Source: Octopus bimaculoides | Lineage: Eukaryota | Length of the DNA: 64,000 nucleotides | Direction: 5' to 3' | NCBI RefSeq assembly: GCF_001194135.2 | Contig: NC_068989.1 | Location: 34,902,292-34,966,291 of the forward strand | In this document: positions 25,625 to 40,600 of the stretch, piece by piece | Layout of the letters: each line of letters opens with the position of its first letter | Numbering within the stretch: position 1 is the stretch's first letter | Made by a program: the position numbers and the translations under genes | Notes under the pieces: model-generated | Told to the model about the DNA's origin: nothing | The model's input: the letters and a program-made list of their open reading frames with translations, nothing else | Databases searched by the model: none

Positions 25625-28600
25625 CTGAAAGACAAAACAGAGAATATTAGCTTCACTTTCTCTTCTTTTCCTTCATTAAGGTAGTGCATTGGCCACTTTT
25701 CTTGTAGTTTTATGTATCAGATGGATGTTGTTATTAATACCAGGCCAGGTCTGATTGAGCATAGCCACTATGATCAAAGCCACTCCTGCTGTGACATTAC
25801 TAACTTTCTTTGCCACAACATTGAACAATGCATTCTTTTTTTTATTTTTAAACACGGTAAGATGGAATTTGAGACAGATTTGGTGACTATTTCTAGCAGA
25901 TTGAGCACCTGCATAAAGTCTCCCTCACTGATTTGTATTGTGGATGGTAATAGCACTAACCAACATTGTTCAAGTGTATCTATAGGAGGAAATGAACTGA
26001 TGAAATGATGTAGTCAGAGTTTGAAGTAGTAGGCATTATGCCTTCACTGTAAGCATATTTAATTAGGCTGAAAATAGTGAAGATGTTGTAAGTAAAAGGT
26101 ATCAATCCACTCGACATATTCAACATAAAAAAATTTGAGATTAGCAGTCTGTGTGTGTATATATATATATATATATACAGGGTGCAATGGGAAAATTGTC
26201 GCCACTTTATATTTTTAATTTTGCGCATGCGCATTGTTTGTTTTTAATTTTGCTGACTACATGGTATAGTAGGGTTAGTTGGGCATCGACTGTAAGAAAA
26301 ACAACACCACGATGCAATTCACTCTGCAGAAATTTGGAAACGACATGCTGTACTGCTTGGCATTCACACCAGAAGCTCCAATACGAACATTTCAGAGTGT
26401 TTGGGTGTCAATTTGAGGACAGTGCAATCTGAGGACATGTACCGAGAGTGATATAAAAATCAAACATCCAGTCAACATCATGGTGTTTGGAGTGATCACT
26501 AGTGATGGCGATGTTATGCCTCCATTCATCTTCGCACATGGCCTCAGACTCAACACAAAAGCCTACCTACATCAAGTGCCTGGAGGAGGTAGTGCTGCCC
26601 TAGGTCAAGAGGGTGGCTGCTGGAAGACCCTATGTGTGGCAACAGGACTCTGGACCATGCCACACAAGCAGGAGAACCCAGTTATAGCTGTCAGACAATT
26701 TCTGCGACCACATCACCCCTAACATCTGGTCCCTAATTCTTCATCAGTTATCAACCAGATGGTATTACTCAGTTCTGCACCTTCAATGATAAGACTAAGA
26801 ACTTCCCAGTCTGGCGGTGCCTGTGAGAGTTGCAGAGAATATAGGGCCGAGAGCAAACAAAACAATACAGAGTGGACACACAAAAGTGAATAAATGTAAT
26901 TTAGGGCGATGGACAAAGACAAAACAAGGAAACTAGCAAACTATAGCCTTAGGGTCAAAAAGACAAGAATGGTGGGTAACACTCAGAAGGCATTCTAAAG
27001 GATCAGAAAACAAAAACAATAGCAGTGGAACACAGAGAATTCAGGACTGGTCAACTATGCAACTGGTGTGAAAAAGGGAGAGAAAGAAAAGGGGCTGGCC
27101 ACGGGTCATGTGTCAGCAGCAGGCAGAGGAAAAAGAGAGCAAGGGAGAGGGAGAGTGACAGAGAGAAAACAAAGGAAGGGATGAAGGGGAAAAAATGAGA
27201 AAGGCTAGAAATAGAAGTAAGATGGCGAGTGAGAGAGAGAGAGATAGAAAAGAAGGAGAAAGAGTGAAGGCTAGAAATAGAGTGGCACAGATATATATAT
27301 GTAAAACTTACTGTTAGTAAAAGCTGGTGTGCATTGCGTTCTGTTACTTAATAAATGATAAAATGTATTGTAAATAAACAATGACAGGGTAAAAAATGTA
27401 CAATGTATACTGATTGTACAACTGGATGGGAGACAGATACAGAAGGTCCTTAATTCTTCATCAATTATCAACCAGATGGTATTACTCAGTTTTGCACCTT
27501 CAATGATGAGACTGAGAACTTCCCATGCTAGCAGCGCCCATGAAAGTTGCCAAGAGCAAACAAAACAATACAGAGTGGACATATGAAAGTGAATAAATGT
27601 AATTTAAGATGACAAGGCTATATTTTGCTTGTTTCTTGTTTGTTTTGTCGTTGTACATTGTCTTAAATTACATTTATTCACTTTCATGTGTCCACTCTGT
27701 ATTGGTTTGTTTGCTCTCGGTTCTATATTCTCTGCAACTTTCGCAGGCACTGCCAGCATGGAATGTTCTCAGCCTTATCATTGGAGGTGTGAAACTGAGT
27801 AATACCTTCTGGTTGCTAACTGAAGAATTAGGGACCTTCTGTCTCTGTCACCCATCTGGTTGTACACTCAGTACATGTACGTTTTTCATCCCGTCGTTGT
27901 TTATTTACAAAGCATTTTTTCATTTATTAAGTAACAGAACGCAATGCACACCAGCTTTTATTAACAGTAAGTTTTATATATTCGTGCAGCTCTGTTTCTA
28001 GCCTTCACTCTTTCTCCTTCTTTTCTCTCTCTCTCACCCTCTTCTATTTCTAGCCTTTCTCTTTCTCCTTTTATCCCCTTTCATCCCTTCCCTTGTTTTC
28101 TCTCTGTCTGTCTCTCCCTCTCTCTTTTTCCTCTGCCTGCTGCTGACACATGACCAGTGGCCAACCCTTCTTCTTTCTCTCCCTTTTTCACACCAGTTGC
28201 ATAGTTGACCAGTCCTGAATTCTCTGTCCCACTGTCTTGCTATTTGTTGTTTTCTAATCCTTTAGAATGCCTTCTAAGCATTACCCAAAATTCTTGTCTT
28301 TTTGGCCCTAAGGCTATATTTTGCTAGTTTCTTGTTTGTTTTGTCTTTGTCCATTATCTTAAATTACATTTATTCACTTTTGCATGTCCACTCTGTATTG
28401 TTTTGTTTGCTCTCGGCCCTATATTCTCTGCAACTTTTGCGGGTACTACCAGCCTGGGAAGTTCTTAGTCTTATCATTGAAGGTACAAAACTGAGTAATA
28501 CCATCTGGTTGTACACTCAGTATACGTTGTATGTTTTTTACATCGTTGTTTATTTTCATTTATTAAGTAATGAAATGCAACACACCCTGGCTTTTACTAA

Positions 28601-31600
28601 CAGTAATTTTTATATATATATAATCTATCAATCACTGCTATACTGACCAGTGTATACAAGTATATGCACACACAAACATTCAATAGGTTCCATGCAGTTA
28701 CTTTCAAACTTCAATCACAGGATTTGGGTCAATCCAGACCTATGGTAGAAGACACTTGTCCAATATGACATGCAGTGAGATGGAACTTTGAACCACATAG
28801 TTCCATAGTGAACTTCTTAATCTTGTGGTCATACCAATGTTGTCAAGTGAAATCTGTTTTCTACCTATTTATATACTTTGCTATCCTGACTTTTCAGTAA
28901 TAATGAAGTACTCTGCTCAAGGACACAGCAAGCTGCCCAGTTGGGGAATTGAACCCACAAACTTATGACTATAAGCATGAGCTAAACATCCTATTTACAG
29001 TATTACTGCAAGTTGTAAACTTATTCTGTTTATAATTTGAGAACTTTATCTCAGCATATATCAATGAATGGAAACTCAAAAGTCTGGTTTTACCTGTGCA
29101 TAGTATGCCTCTTCGAATTTGCAGCCAGAAGCCAAGTCAACCTAAAGAAAAATGTAACGAAATAAGGAACTTAATTGCATATCAGAAACTAAACTCTTTG
29201 AACTAACAAGTACACTTTAGAGGGCATGATTTTGTTTGAGTATACTCCTGGGAGATGTAAAAGTGAGTGGCCACATAGTGTTGTGTTTATGGCTGAAAAT
29301 AATGACATTTCTACCAATTAGTAAGCCAAAAGGACAAAGGAGCACATTCAGCATATTTTGCTTGATGAGTTCAATAAAGGCAACAATGCAACGGAGAGTG
29401 CAAGAAATATTAATGCAGTACATGGGGATCGGACAATAAGTGTAAGCCAGTGTCAACAGTGGTTCCAGAAATTCTGAGCCGGAAACTACAGCCTAGAAGA
29501 CAAGCCTTGTCCTGGAAGATCTGTAGAGCTTGATGAGGATGTGCTGCAAACTCTGGTGGAACAAAATCCCATTGTAACTGTTGAGGAACTAGCAGAGAAG
29601 CTTGGATTTAGTCATTCAAGCCATTCATCAATACCCGTGTGCCATTGGAAAAGTCAGCAAATTGGGTCAATGGGTTCCTCACAAACTTTCTGAGTCTAAT
29701 CGCACGCAGAGAGTAAATGTGTGCTCTTCTTTGCTGTCACGTCTCACAAATGAACCTTTTTTTGACTGAATAGTGACTGGTGATGAGAAATGAGTTCTCT
29801 ATAAAAATGTCAAGCACCGAAAACAGTGGGTAGGGAAAGGAAAAATACCGGCACCCCAAGCTAAAGAAGTCCTTCACCCATGTAAAGTGTTGTTATCTGT
29901 TTGGTGGGGTATGACAGGTTTAGTCCACTTTGAACTTTTAAACCCAAACTGAATGATAACAAAGGAAATCTTCTGCTAGCAGCTTGAGTGGCTGAAGTCA
30001 GCACTAGAAGGAAAACGACCATCTTTGGTTTGAAGATGAAAGGTGTTCTTCCATCAGGATAATGCTTAGCCACATACAGTGAAGATGACATTCCAAAGGC
30101 TGGAGCAGTTTCAATGGGAAACGATGACCCCTGGACATTGTCCCATCTGATTATCATTTATTCCGCAGTCTTCAAAGTCATTTGGACGGAAAAAATATGA
30201 ATTCTGTAGACGAGATCAGAACAGTACTGGAGGAGTATTTTTTGTCACAGACAAGTTAGTTTTGGAAGAGGGGCCTTGTAAGTCTACCAGATAGATGGAA
30301 GAGCATTGTAGAAAATGAAGGGGAGTATAATTTAGATTTAAAAAAAACTTTCTTATCTTAATTTTGAAAAATAAGAGAAGTATAAAAAAACTGCATTATT
30401 TATGGGATGAACCAATAATTAACTATAGCTTAGCAAAATAGTTGCAGCAGCAGCACCACTAATGCTGGCAGCATTGAAATTTTTTCGATCACTTTTAGAA
30501 ACAAGCTTAATCTTACCTCAACGCCATTGTTTATAGCTAGTTTAGCCATTCTTAATGCAAATGGACCCTGTAAAGAGACAAGAATAGGTGAAAGCAGATA
30601 CATCAGAAATCAACAGGTTTTTTTGATGATCATGAAAGTGATGGTAATCGTGATGACTGCAAAAAGAAATGATAGTGAAGACAACAAATAAAATACTTAA
30701 TTCTATTCATCATCATCATCATTGGTCTTCCATTTTCATAATGTGTTAACCATAATGTAAGAGATGTTGTGAACTCAATACTGGCCAATACATATTTTAA
30801 CTTCTAAAAGATTAATTCTAATTAGACATGGTTTGATCAAATATACAGCACTGGTCACTCTTTTGAATTACAAATATCAGAGCCATGTTGTATTGGAAGA
30901 GTTTTAAAATACCTCCTACCTACACTAACATAAAAATATAGAAGGAATATTCAGAAGTTACATCTAAGTAGACTTTCTTTCAGTTAATCCTTTTGCTATC
31001 AACTTGCCTAAAACTGCAAAATTCCATGCTGGCTTAAACACCATCTAAATAAGAACAAAGTTATTTCACTAAATTCTTCGTTATTTTCAAAATTAATTGA
31101 AGCAAATACCTTCACCTTCCATTTAAATATACAAATATGTAGAGAATCAAATGTATTCTTTTATACTTTTACTTGTTTCAGTCACTTGACTGCAGCCATG
31201 CTGGAGCACCACCTTTAGTTGAACAAATCGACACCAGGACTTATTCTTTGTAAGCCTGGTACTTATTCTATAGGTCTCCTTTGGTGAATCGCTAAGTTTC
31301 GAGGACGTAAACACACCAACATCGGTTGTTAAGCGATGGTTGGGGGACAAACACAGACACACAAACATATACATATATATGTGTGTGTGTGTGTATATTA
31401 TTTTTTGTATATTCTCCCATATATATATATATATAGACACACACACACACATAAATATAGATATATATATATAATCTAGCAAATACCAACGTCTTAGTAA
31501 GTAGGGGAGCAGACAAATCACAAATCCCTTCAGTTAGATGGCTCTGCCTGATCTGTAGAAAAGGCATAGAAACTCCATAAGATGTATCCAGGTCTTTCCA

Positions 31601-34600
31601 CTGATAGTACACAGGACTATTCCATCAAGTACTCCTCATCCATTCATTTGCATCCATTACCAGAACAATAAGGGAGTTTCTTACATCATATGACATTTTT
31701 TACTGCTCAGATTTTACTGATTTGGTTGCTCTGGTACCTTGTTACAACCATCATTATCTTTCTTCCAACTACACTCAGCCACCCTTATAAAATGTGGGTT
31801 TGCCATGTATCTCCTCTACGGTAAGACATATATGCTTGTCCCTCTATCATACTTTAGCCTTTCAACATCTGGCATAAATCCATCTCCTTCTACTCTCAAA
31901 TACATTGCCCACTCAGTTGAGGGGGCCTTCTATTTTTCTTTTCTTGTTTGACAAGTAACTTGCCAACCTCAGTAATGCTTGTGGCATGAAAAAAGCAGTA
32001 AGAACACATTGTAAAGTGGTGGGCATCTAGCCATAGAAATCAAGCCAAATCTCATTTTGGAACTTGATGCAGTCTTGCAGCTCACTGGATCCTGTCAAAC
32101 TATCCAGCTCATGCCAACATGGAAAATGGATATGATGACGATGATAAATTCCATAGGATATAGCGGCTGATAAAGCAGGTACTTAACACCATGTAGCGTA
32201 AGGCAGTTTCCACCATCTACAGTGCTTGGTAGCTTTCATATTCTTTAGTGGTAGGCAGTTTCTTCTTTTCCTAACTAAGGTCTTTCTAATTTCACACATT
32301 GTTCTAATCACAAAATCACTTAATTGGTTTTCAATGAGGATTACAGTCTCTTCACTAAAGATAATAAATTTCAAAGGAACAAGCTGAAATTTTATGCTTC
32401 AATGGAAATTGAACCAAATTTCTTCATTTTACATATTATCATCAGTTACACAGGTGTAAGTATAGCTGTGTAGTTGTGGTTTCAAGTTCAGTTGCATTGC
32501 ATGGCACCTTGGACAGATGTCTTCTACTATAGTCCTGGAATGACCAATGCCTTGTGACTATATTTGATAGCCAGAAGCTGAAAGAAGTTGTTTGTGTGTG
32601 GGAATTTTTGCATCTCTTTGTTTTGACATTGTGCAACAGTTGTGAGTGTGACTGTCATACAAGCAGTGTTGTTTGTTTCAATATTTTACGAAAACATATC
32701 TGGTCATGGGGAAATGTTAACTTGATTGGAAACAGGTGAGGGTTGATGACAGGAAGGGCATTCAGTCAGAGAAATTCTGCCTCAATAAATTCTGACCAAC
32801 CCATGGGAAACATTAAAACAAGAATGATGATGATGATTACAACTAAATTATCTTCATTGCTCACACTAAATTTATTTTCAAAGTTAGAACTAAAGAAATG
32901 TTAAAATGCTGGAATTAACAAAAAGGAAAATGATCAAATATTTTATAAGAAAACTGTACAAACCTGCATAGCAATTTCTCGAGCAAGTTCTTCAGCTCTC
33001 AGATAAGCAGCATCTCCGGCATCATTTTGTTCAACAACATGATTTACCAAACCAATTGCAGCAGCTTGATTGCCATCAAGAACACGAGATGAGAAAATCA
33101 ATTCTTTAGCAAGTGATGGTCCAACAACTCGAGCCAACCTCTGAGTACCACCTGAAAAAATATATTTTAAGTAATAAGCATTTATTTATTTCATCATCAT
33201 CATCACTATTTAATGTCCGTTTTCCATGCTAGCATGGGTTGGATAGTTTGAGAGGAGCTGGTCAGCTGGAGAGCTGCCTGGCTCCATGTCTGTTTTGGCA
33301 TAGTTTCTATAGTTGGATGCCCTTCCTAATGCCAACCACTTTACAGAGTGTACAGTTTACAGAATGCTGCTTTTATGCAGCACCCACAAGCCCGCAAGAT
33401 TAGGAATGCTCAGCTGAAGAAGGGAGCAGGGGACATGCCTGTATGCAAGGACAACCATGTATTTACTTAGCTTGACGTGCCTGCTCAAGCACAGCAAACC
33501 ATCAGACGTCTTGGTCCCCAGTCATCCCCTCTATGAGACCCATTTATTTATTTATTATTATTATTGTTATTAAGGCACCAAACTGGCAGAATCATTACTG
33601 TGTCAGACAAAATGCTTAATAGCATTTCTTCCAGTTTTATTTTATGGGTTCAAATGCTTCCAAGGTCAACTTTGCCTTTCATCCTTTTGGAATCAATAAA
33701 ATCAGTACCAGTCAAGCACTGGGGTTGATGTTATCAACTATCTCCCTATCCTAAAATTCCAGGCCTTGTGCCTATAGTAGAAAGGACCACTGTTAATATT
33801 ACTATCACTACTGTGGCCTATAAACAATACTGACTCTGAAAGAAGTGTAACAGTTTTATGATTGCATAGATTCAAAGGTTGTGACAATCTTATACATTTA
33901 AATGACACAGAACAATGATATAGAATTGCTCTTTCTCAGTTTTTAGTCTGAACTTGTTGAAACACAGGCACCGTAACATCTTTACTTTCTTTCACAATAC
34001 TGTTGTCCATTAAGTGACTCCATATAAGGAACTGATATTTCAGTTTAGTCACTGATGTCTACATTCTATGTTAATTAAAAATGGTGTAACACACACACAC
34101 ACACACACAATGATTGTGTGTGAGTGAGTGTGAACAATGTTTCACATGTGCTCATTAACACCATTCTGAGCAAAATCAGTGTCTTTGTTCACAATCTTTA
34201 GTAAACAAAATCCCCCATACTTTTATACTTTTCATGTGGAATGGAAAAATTCTATATTTGGTAAACAGGTAAGGGTTGGTGACAGGGAGAAGATCCAACT
34301 GTAAAAAAATCAGTTTCATCTCAATTTCAGCTAAGTTATGCCAGCCTGAGTAAACAAAAACGGTGTTAGAAAGGGCATCCTGCCATAGAAACCATACCAA
34401 AGTAAAGATTGGTGCTCAAGTGAATATAAGAGAGAGAACAAGGATAGAGGATTGGAAAGAGTGGGTGAATAGGTAAGAGTGTGAAAGGAGAGTGACAGAT
34501 GGCTAGAGATAGGTATACAAGTGGATGTAGTGAATGAGGCACCTGGGTAGAAACATAGTCAATAGTGAATATCAGTTGAGGTGAGAGGGAGAAAAAATAT

Positions 34601-37600
34601 AAATGGGTTGGGGTGTTTATCTATAACTCAGTTACTCTACATTGTCACAATTAACCATAATTTATGCAGGGCACAAAATATATGAACTGACATTAACCTA
34701 AACAAGGGCATCATTGATATCATTCTGACCATGTTCTTGCTATCACAAAGTCCCTGGATGGAGGAACTCCTTGGGCAAACAAAACAATCCAAACTGTCAG
34801 CATGAAGATGTAAAGATATTGCAACAGGTAACAAACTTAGAAGTAATAACTTAATTACTTCAAAGAGGACAGTATCAAAAGGTTTCTTCCTGCAACTGTA
34901 GAATAAGGTCTGTGACATGTACTATCTTTAAGCTTCATTCAATAAGTCGTATGACATATTTGACATTACATGCTGAAGTCCCCAAATTAATAGCTCTATT
35001 GTTGGTCATATAGCTTAAGGTTCCAAGTCTAAATGTTTTAAGCATACACACAAACACATATCCTCCTCCTCCTCATCATCATTTTAACATCCATTATTCC
35101 ATACTTGTATGGGTCAGATGGAATTTGCTGAGGTAGATTTTACCCTTTGTGTTACCAACCCACACCTGTTTCCAAGTATGGTACTATTTTCCCATGGCCA
35201 GACTTGTTTTCACAGGCTGAAGACAGTAGACAATGCTTGTATAACACTAATACTTGTTTACAATTATCATGCAATGTTGAGAAAAAGGGACACTAACATG
35301 CCCATATATATGTGTATATAATATATATATATATATATATACACATACAAACATTACAACATACCTAAGATATCACATAATATTAACTGGCAGTGTCAGC
35401 TATAGGCTAGTCACCTGTATAGTCAACCAGGTGATACATGAAGGAGTCATACCAAATGACTGGTGTAGCAGCACCATAGTCAACTGCTACAACGGTAAAG
35501 GTGACTCATTAGATACAAATAATTACAGAGGTATCAAGCTGTTGGATCAGGTAATGAAAGTCACTGAGAGGGTTGTAGTCCAACTAATTAGGGAGAGGGT
35601 CAGTCTAGACAAGATGCAGTTTGGGTCTGTGCCAGGTAAAAGCACCACTGATGCCATATTTCTGGTAAGACAGCTGCAGGAGAAATACCTAGCCAAAGAT
35701 AAACCCCTGTACATGGCTTTCATTAACATGGAGAAAGCCTTCGACAGGGACCCCTGATCCCTTATCTGGTGGTCAATGCAGAAACTAGGGATAGATGAAT
35801 GGTTAGTGAGAGCTGTGCAAGCTGTGTACAGGGATGCTGTCAGTAAGGTGAGGGTTGGCAATGAGTACAGTGAAGAATTCCGGGTAGAGGTAGGGGTTCA
35901 CCAAGGTTCAGTCCTCAGCCCCCTCCTATTTATCATAGTCCTCCAGGCAATAACAGAGGAATTTGAGACAGGATGCCCCTGGGAGCACCTCTATGCTGAT
36001 AACCTTGCTCTAATTGCTGAGTCACTATCAGAGCTAGAGGAGAAGTTTCAGGTGTGGAAGCAAGGATTAAAATTGAAAGGCCTTAGAGTCAACCTAGCTA
36101 AAACCAAAGTCCTAGTAAGTAGGAAGGCAGACAAACCACAAACCCCTTCAGGTAGATGGCCCTGCTCAATCTGTAGAAAAGGCGTAGGTCGAAACTCTAT
36201 AAGATGTACCCAGTGTAAGCTATGGACACATAAGAGGTGCAGCATTAATAAAGGAAGGCTAACTGGGAAGATAGTTTTTCTATGTGGCAGATGCTCAGGA
36301 GCAATAAACACTGAAAATGTGCAGAGAACAACATCTGCCACATTCCAGGGAGAAAAACTACAAGTTGTTGATAGCTTCTGTTACCTAGGTGACCAAGTCA
36401 GTAGCCGGGGTGGATGCTCTGAAAGTATAGCTGCTAGAATAAGAATAACCTGGGCAAAGTTCAGAGAGCTCCCACTTCTGCTGGTGACAAAGGGCCTTTC
36501 GCTCAGAGTAAAATGTAGACTGTATGACATATGTGTACGAACGACTATGCTACATGGCAGTGAAACATGGGCCGTGACTGCTGAGGACATGCGTAAGCTT
36601 GCAAGGAATGAAGCCAGTATGCTCCGCTGGATGTGTAATGTCAGTGTGCAGACACGACAGATTGCAAGTGCCTTGAGGGAAAAGTTGGACCTAAGAAGCA
36701 TCAGATGTGGTGTGCAAGAGAGACGACTGCACTGATATGGTCATGTGGTGAGAATGGATGAGGATAGCTGTGTGAAAAAGTATCACACCCTAGCAGTTGA
36801 GGGAACCTTTGAAAGAGTAGATCCAGGAAGACCTGGGAAGAGGTGGTGAAGTACAACCTTTGAACATTAGGCCTCATTGAGGCAATGACTAGTGACCGAG
36901 GCCTTTGGAAATATGCTGTGCTTGAGAAGACCTGGCAAGCCAAGTGAGACCATAACCCGTGGCCTATGCCAGTGGTGTAACCAGCCCACTTATGTGTACC
37001 TTTCTTTCATTGGACACTAAACACTGCTTGTGAAGACCTGTTGAGGCAAATGAAATCGAAATCAAATTCGCTGATGTGGCTGATGACAGCACTGCCTGGC
37101 TGGCATCCGTGCTAGTGGAATGTTAAGAGCACCATCCGAGCGTGATTGTTGCCAGGGCCGCTGACTGGCTCCCATGCCGGTGGCACATAAAAAGCACCAT
37201 CCGAGTGTGATCGTTACCAGTGTCGCCTTACTGGCACTTGTGATGATGGCATGCAAAAAACAACATTTGAGTGAGGTCGTTGTCAGTGCCGCTGGACTGG
37301 CTCCTGTGCAGGTGACATGTGAAAAACACCATTTGAGCGTGGCCGTTGCCAGTATGGCCTGACTGGCCCTTGTGCCGGTGGCATGTAAAAGCATCCACTA
37401 CACTCTTGAAGTGGTCTGCCAAATCAGATTGGAGCCTAGTGCAGCCATCTTGCTTGCCAGTCCTCAGTCAAACCGTCCAACCCATACTAGCATGGAAAGC
37501 AGATGTGAAACGATGATGATGATGATGATGATTCAGTATAATTTTTTCCAAAACCTAAACTCAAGGGAAGTAATCACCCAGAAGTTGCTACCCAACAGTC

Positions 37601-40600
37601 GTCCCCTTTGATTTCACCATCATCATTATTATTATTTAACATCCATTCTCCATGCTGGCATGGGTTGGACGGTTTGACTGAAAACTGGTAAGCTGGAGAG
37701 CTGCACCAGGTTCTGATCTGATTTGGCAAGGTTTCTACGACTGGATACCCTTCCTAATGCTAACCACTCTGAGAGTGTAATGGGTGTTTTTTACGTGCCA
37801 CCGGCATGGGTGCCATTGCCCATGAGTATGGTCTCACTTGGCTTCACAGGTCTATACAGCATGGTACATTGCCAAAGGTCTTGGTCACCTGTCACTGCCT
37901 CCATGAGGCCCAACACTCGAGTAGTGAAGAGCAACCTTTTTTTCGTGTATCTTTGTGTTTGTTTTTTATTAACCTTTGAAATCGGAGCAACCTTTCTGCC
38001 GCACCCTGTATTAATCATAATTATTACAGAAATCATTATTTCTATATATTTCCATATATAAAAATGATAATAATGACAAACCTATTGAAGATACCATGTA
38101 ATATGTACTAAAATGTCTGCTTTTCTTATGCACCAAGTTTTACAGTCATTAACTCTAATGTTTTATCCTGATTATTCTTTGTTTTACAACATTGAAGAGT
38201 TACATCATCACTTTTCGAAATGCAATTCATGGTGTCTGATTATAATGTGATTTTCTCTTGTAAAACAATTTTTGAGAACCTATGGATAGATAAAAAATTC
38301 ATGTTGTTTATGAATATGAGTTCCGTTGTGGAACGAATGCATCCCAAACAGCTCGAAACATCAATGAGGTGTTTGGTGAAGATGTGGCGAATGAGCACAC
38401 TGTACATCAATGGTTTAAGAAGTTCCGGTCTGGTGACTTTACTCTTGAAAATCAGCCCTGTGGTAGACCTGTGGCTAAAGTGGATAATGATGAGCTGGAA
38501 ACTGTAGTGGAAGTGGATACATCTCAAACTATGTGTGAGTTAGCAGCAAGGTTTGATGTTTCGATTCCATCTGTATTAGACCATCTGAAACAAATCGGCA
38601 AGGTAAAGAAGCTGGACAAGTGGGTACCATATGAACTGAACGAGCATCAAATGACACGTCATCTTGAAACTTGCTATTCTTTGCTGTCATAGCATAAAAG
38701 CAAACTATTTTTGCATTGTANNNNNNNNNNNNNNNNNNNNNNNNNNNNNNNNNNNNNNNNNNNNNNNNNNNNNNNNNNNNNNGTCATTCACTACAGCTTC
38801 ATGAGACCTGGTAAGTCAATTACAGCAGATGTATACATCAACCAATTGGATGAGATGATGAGTGAACTTGCAATTAAACAACCGAGATTGGTCAATAGAG
38901 ACAGGCCAATTCTCTTACAAAGCAATGTTCAACCACATGTTGCACAAAGAGTGCTACTCAAGTTACAGGAACTGAACTAGGAAATCCTCTGTCATCCACC
39001 ATATTCACCATACCTTGCACCAACTGACTGTCACATTTTCCAGGCATTAGACAACTTTTTGCAATGAAAAAACTTCAAATCTGAAGAAGATGCAAAAACT
39101 GCCTTTTGTGATTTCATCACTTCTTGCTTTCTAGAATTCTTTGCTGCTGGCATAAAGAAGCTACTGATAAAATGGCAAAATTGTGTTGATAATTTAGGTG
39201 CATACTATGATTAACTGTACTGCTTTTTGTTGAGATAAAATAAAATAAACTTCCATTTCAAAATCAGACATTGCATTCTTAATGACCTTATACATTACAT
39301 TAAATTGCATTATCTTTTCTCAAGGCAATAAGTCCATAATATTTCATCTAAATGTTTTAAAAATAATTTTCAAACAAACATTGATATCAACATTTAAGAA
39401 AAAAACAATTTCACAAACCTCCACCAGGTATGATAGCCAACCTTGTTTCTACAAGACCCATTTTAGCAGAAGAGGCTGAAAAGGAGGTAAGAGGAGATAA
39501 GGATTAATTAATCGTTGGAGCCACACAACAAAGACAGTCTCAGTTTCTTCCCTTTAACAAGATCTAGTTACTTAAAATTTGATTATAATACTTTAAAAAA
39601 AAAGACACTTCTTATTTCTCCTAAGTTCTGTAGAGCAAGAATTAAATTTCTATCGTGTGTAGTCATGAACCAATTTCAGTTTTTAGTGAAAAAATTTCAT
39701 TCCAGTGATAAGAAAATGTTCTTGGGAAAGACAAAAATATCACAAAACCAGTTTCTTTTGTCCATGTTTCAAATAGAAATGATACAGCGGTCAGTACTGC
39801 AGTGACCTTTAACTTAATTTAATTATTTAAAAAAAAAATTTATAATAGATATTGATTTTGAAATTAAATTATCATCCTTACTAGAATATAAATGACAAAT
39901 CGTCAACATCATCATCAACATGTTTGAATGTCCTTTTTATTGTCAGGCCACTTTTCCAGCACAGACATTTAAGAGGTTATCTGTCAGGACTAAAAAGTCA
40001 TCTCCATTTTGTGGTTTAATATGTCAGAAGAAAAATGTGCATAACTTATACATAAAAATCATTTTCCAATCATCATCGTTTTAATATCCACTTTTCCATG
40101 CTAGCATGAGTTGGATGGAATTCGTTGAGGCAAATATTTTTACTGGATACTTCCTGTCAACAACCTTCATCTGTCTTCAAGTAAGGTAATATTTCCTTAT
40201 GACTAGACATATATTTTGAGAGAGGATTGGAAATAAAGGCTCCAGTGATGCTCATTTACATCTATAATGTCAAGACAAAATGACATCAATCTCTGTCCAT
40301 CAAATTCATTCACAAGACTAGAGTAGAACTTCTCTGAGGGGCCATATAATAGGACTGAACTTGAAATCACATGGTTGCATTAATATTGTTAAAAAATTAA
40401 ATTCCTTATTCTTATTACTTTGATAGTAACAATAACATAGTATAATAAAATTTATTTACCTGCAGTTCGCATATCACAGGCTAAAGCTAGTTCAAGACCT
40501 CCTCCAAGAGCTGGGCCATCAATTGCAGCAATTGTTGGCATCGGAAGATTATGAATTTCAGACACCATTCCACGTAGTTTTGACACAAATGGACCAACTT

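Noticed and set aside
25980-26070. Minus-strand LIKYAYSEG segment resembling an AUH exon
   Set aside because: True AUH exons 7-9 were found elsewhere with exact motifs and phases.
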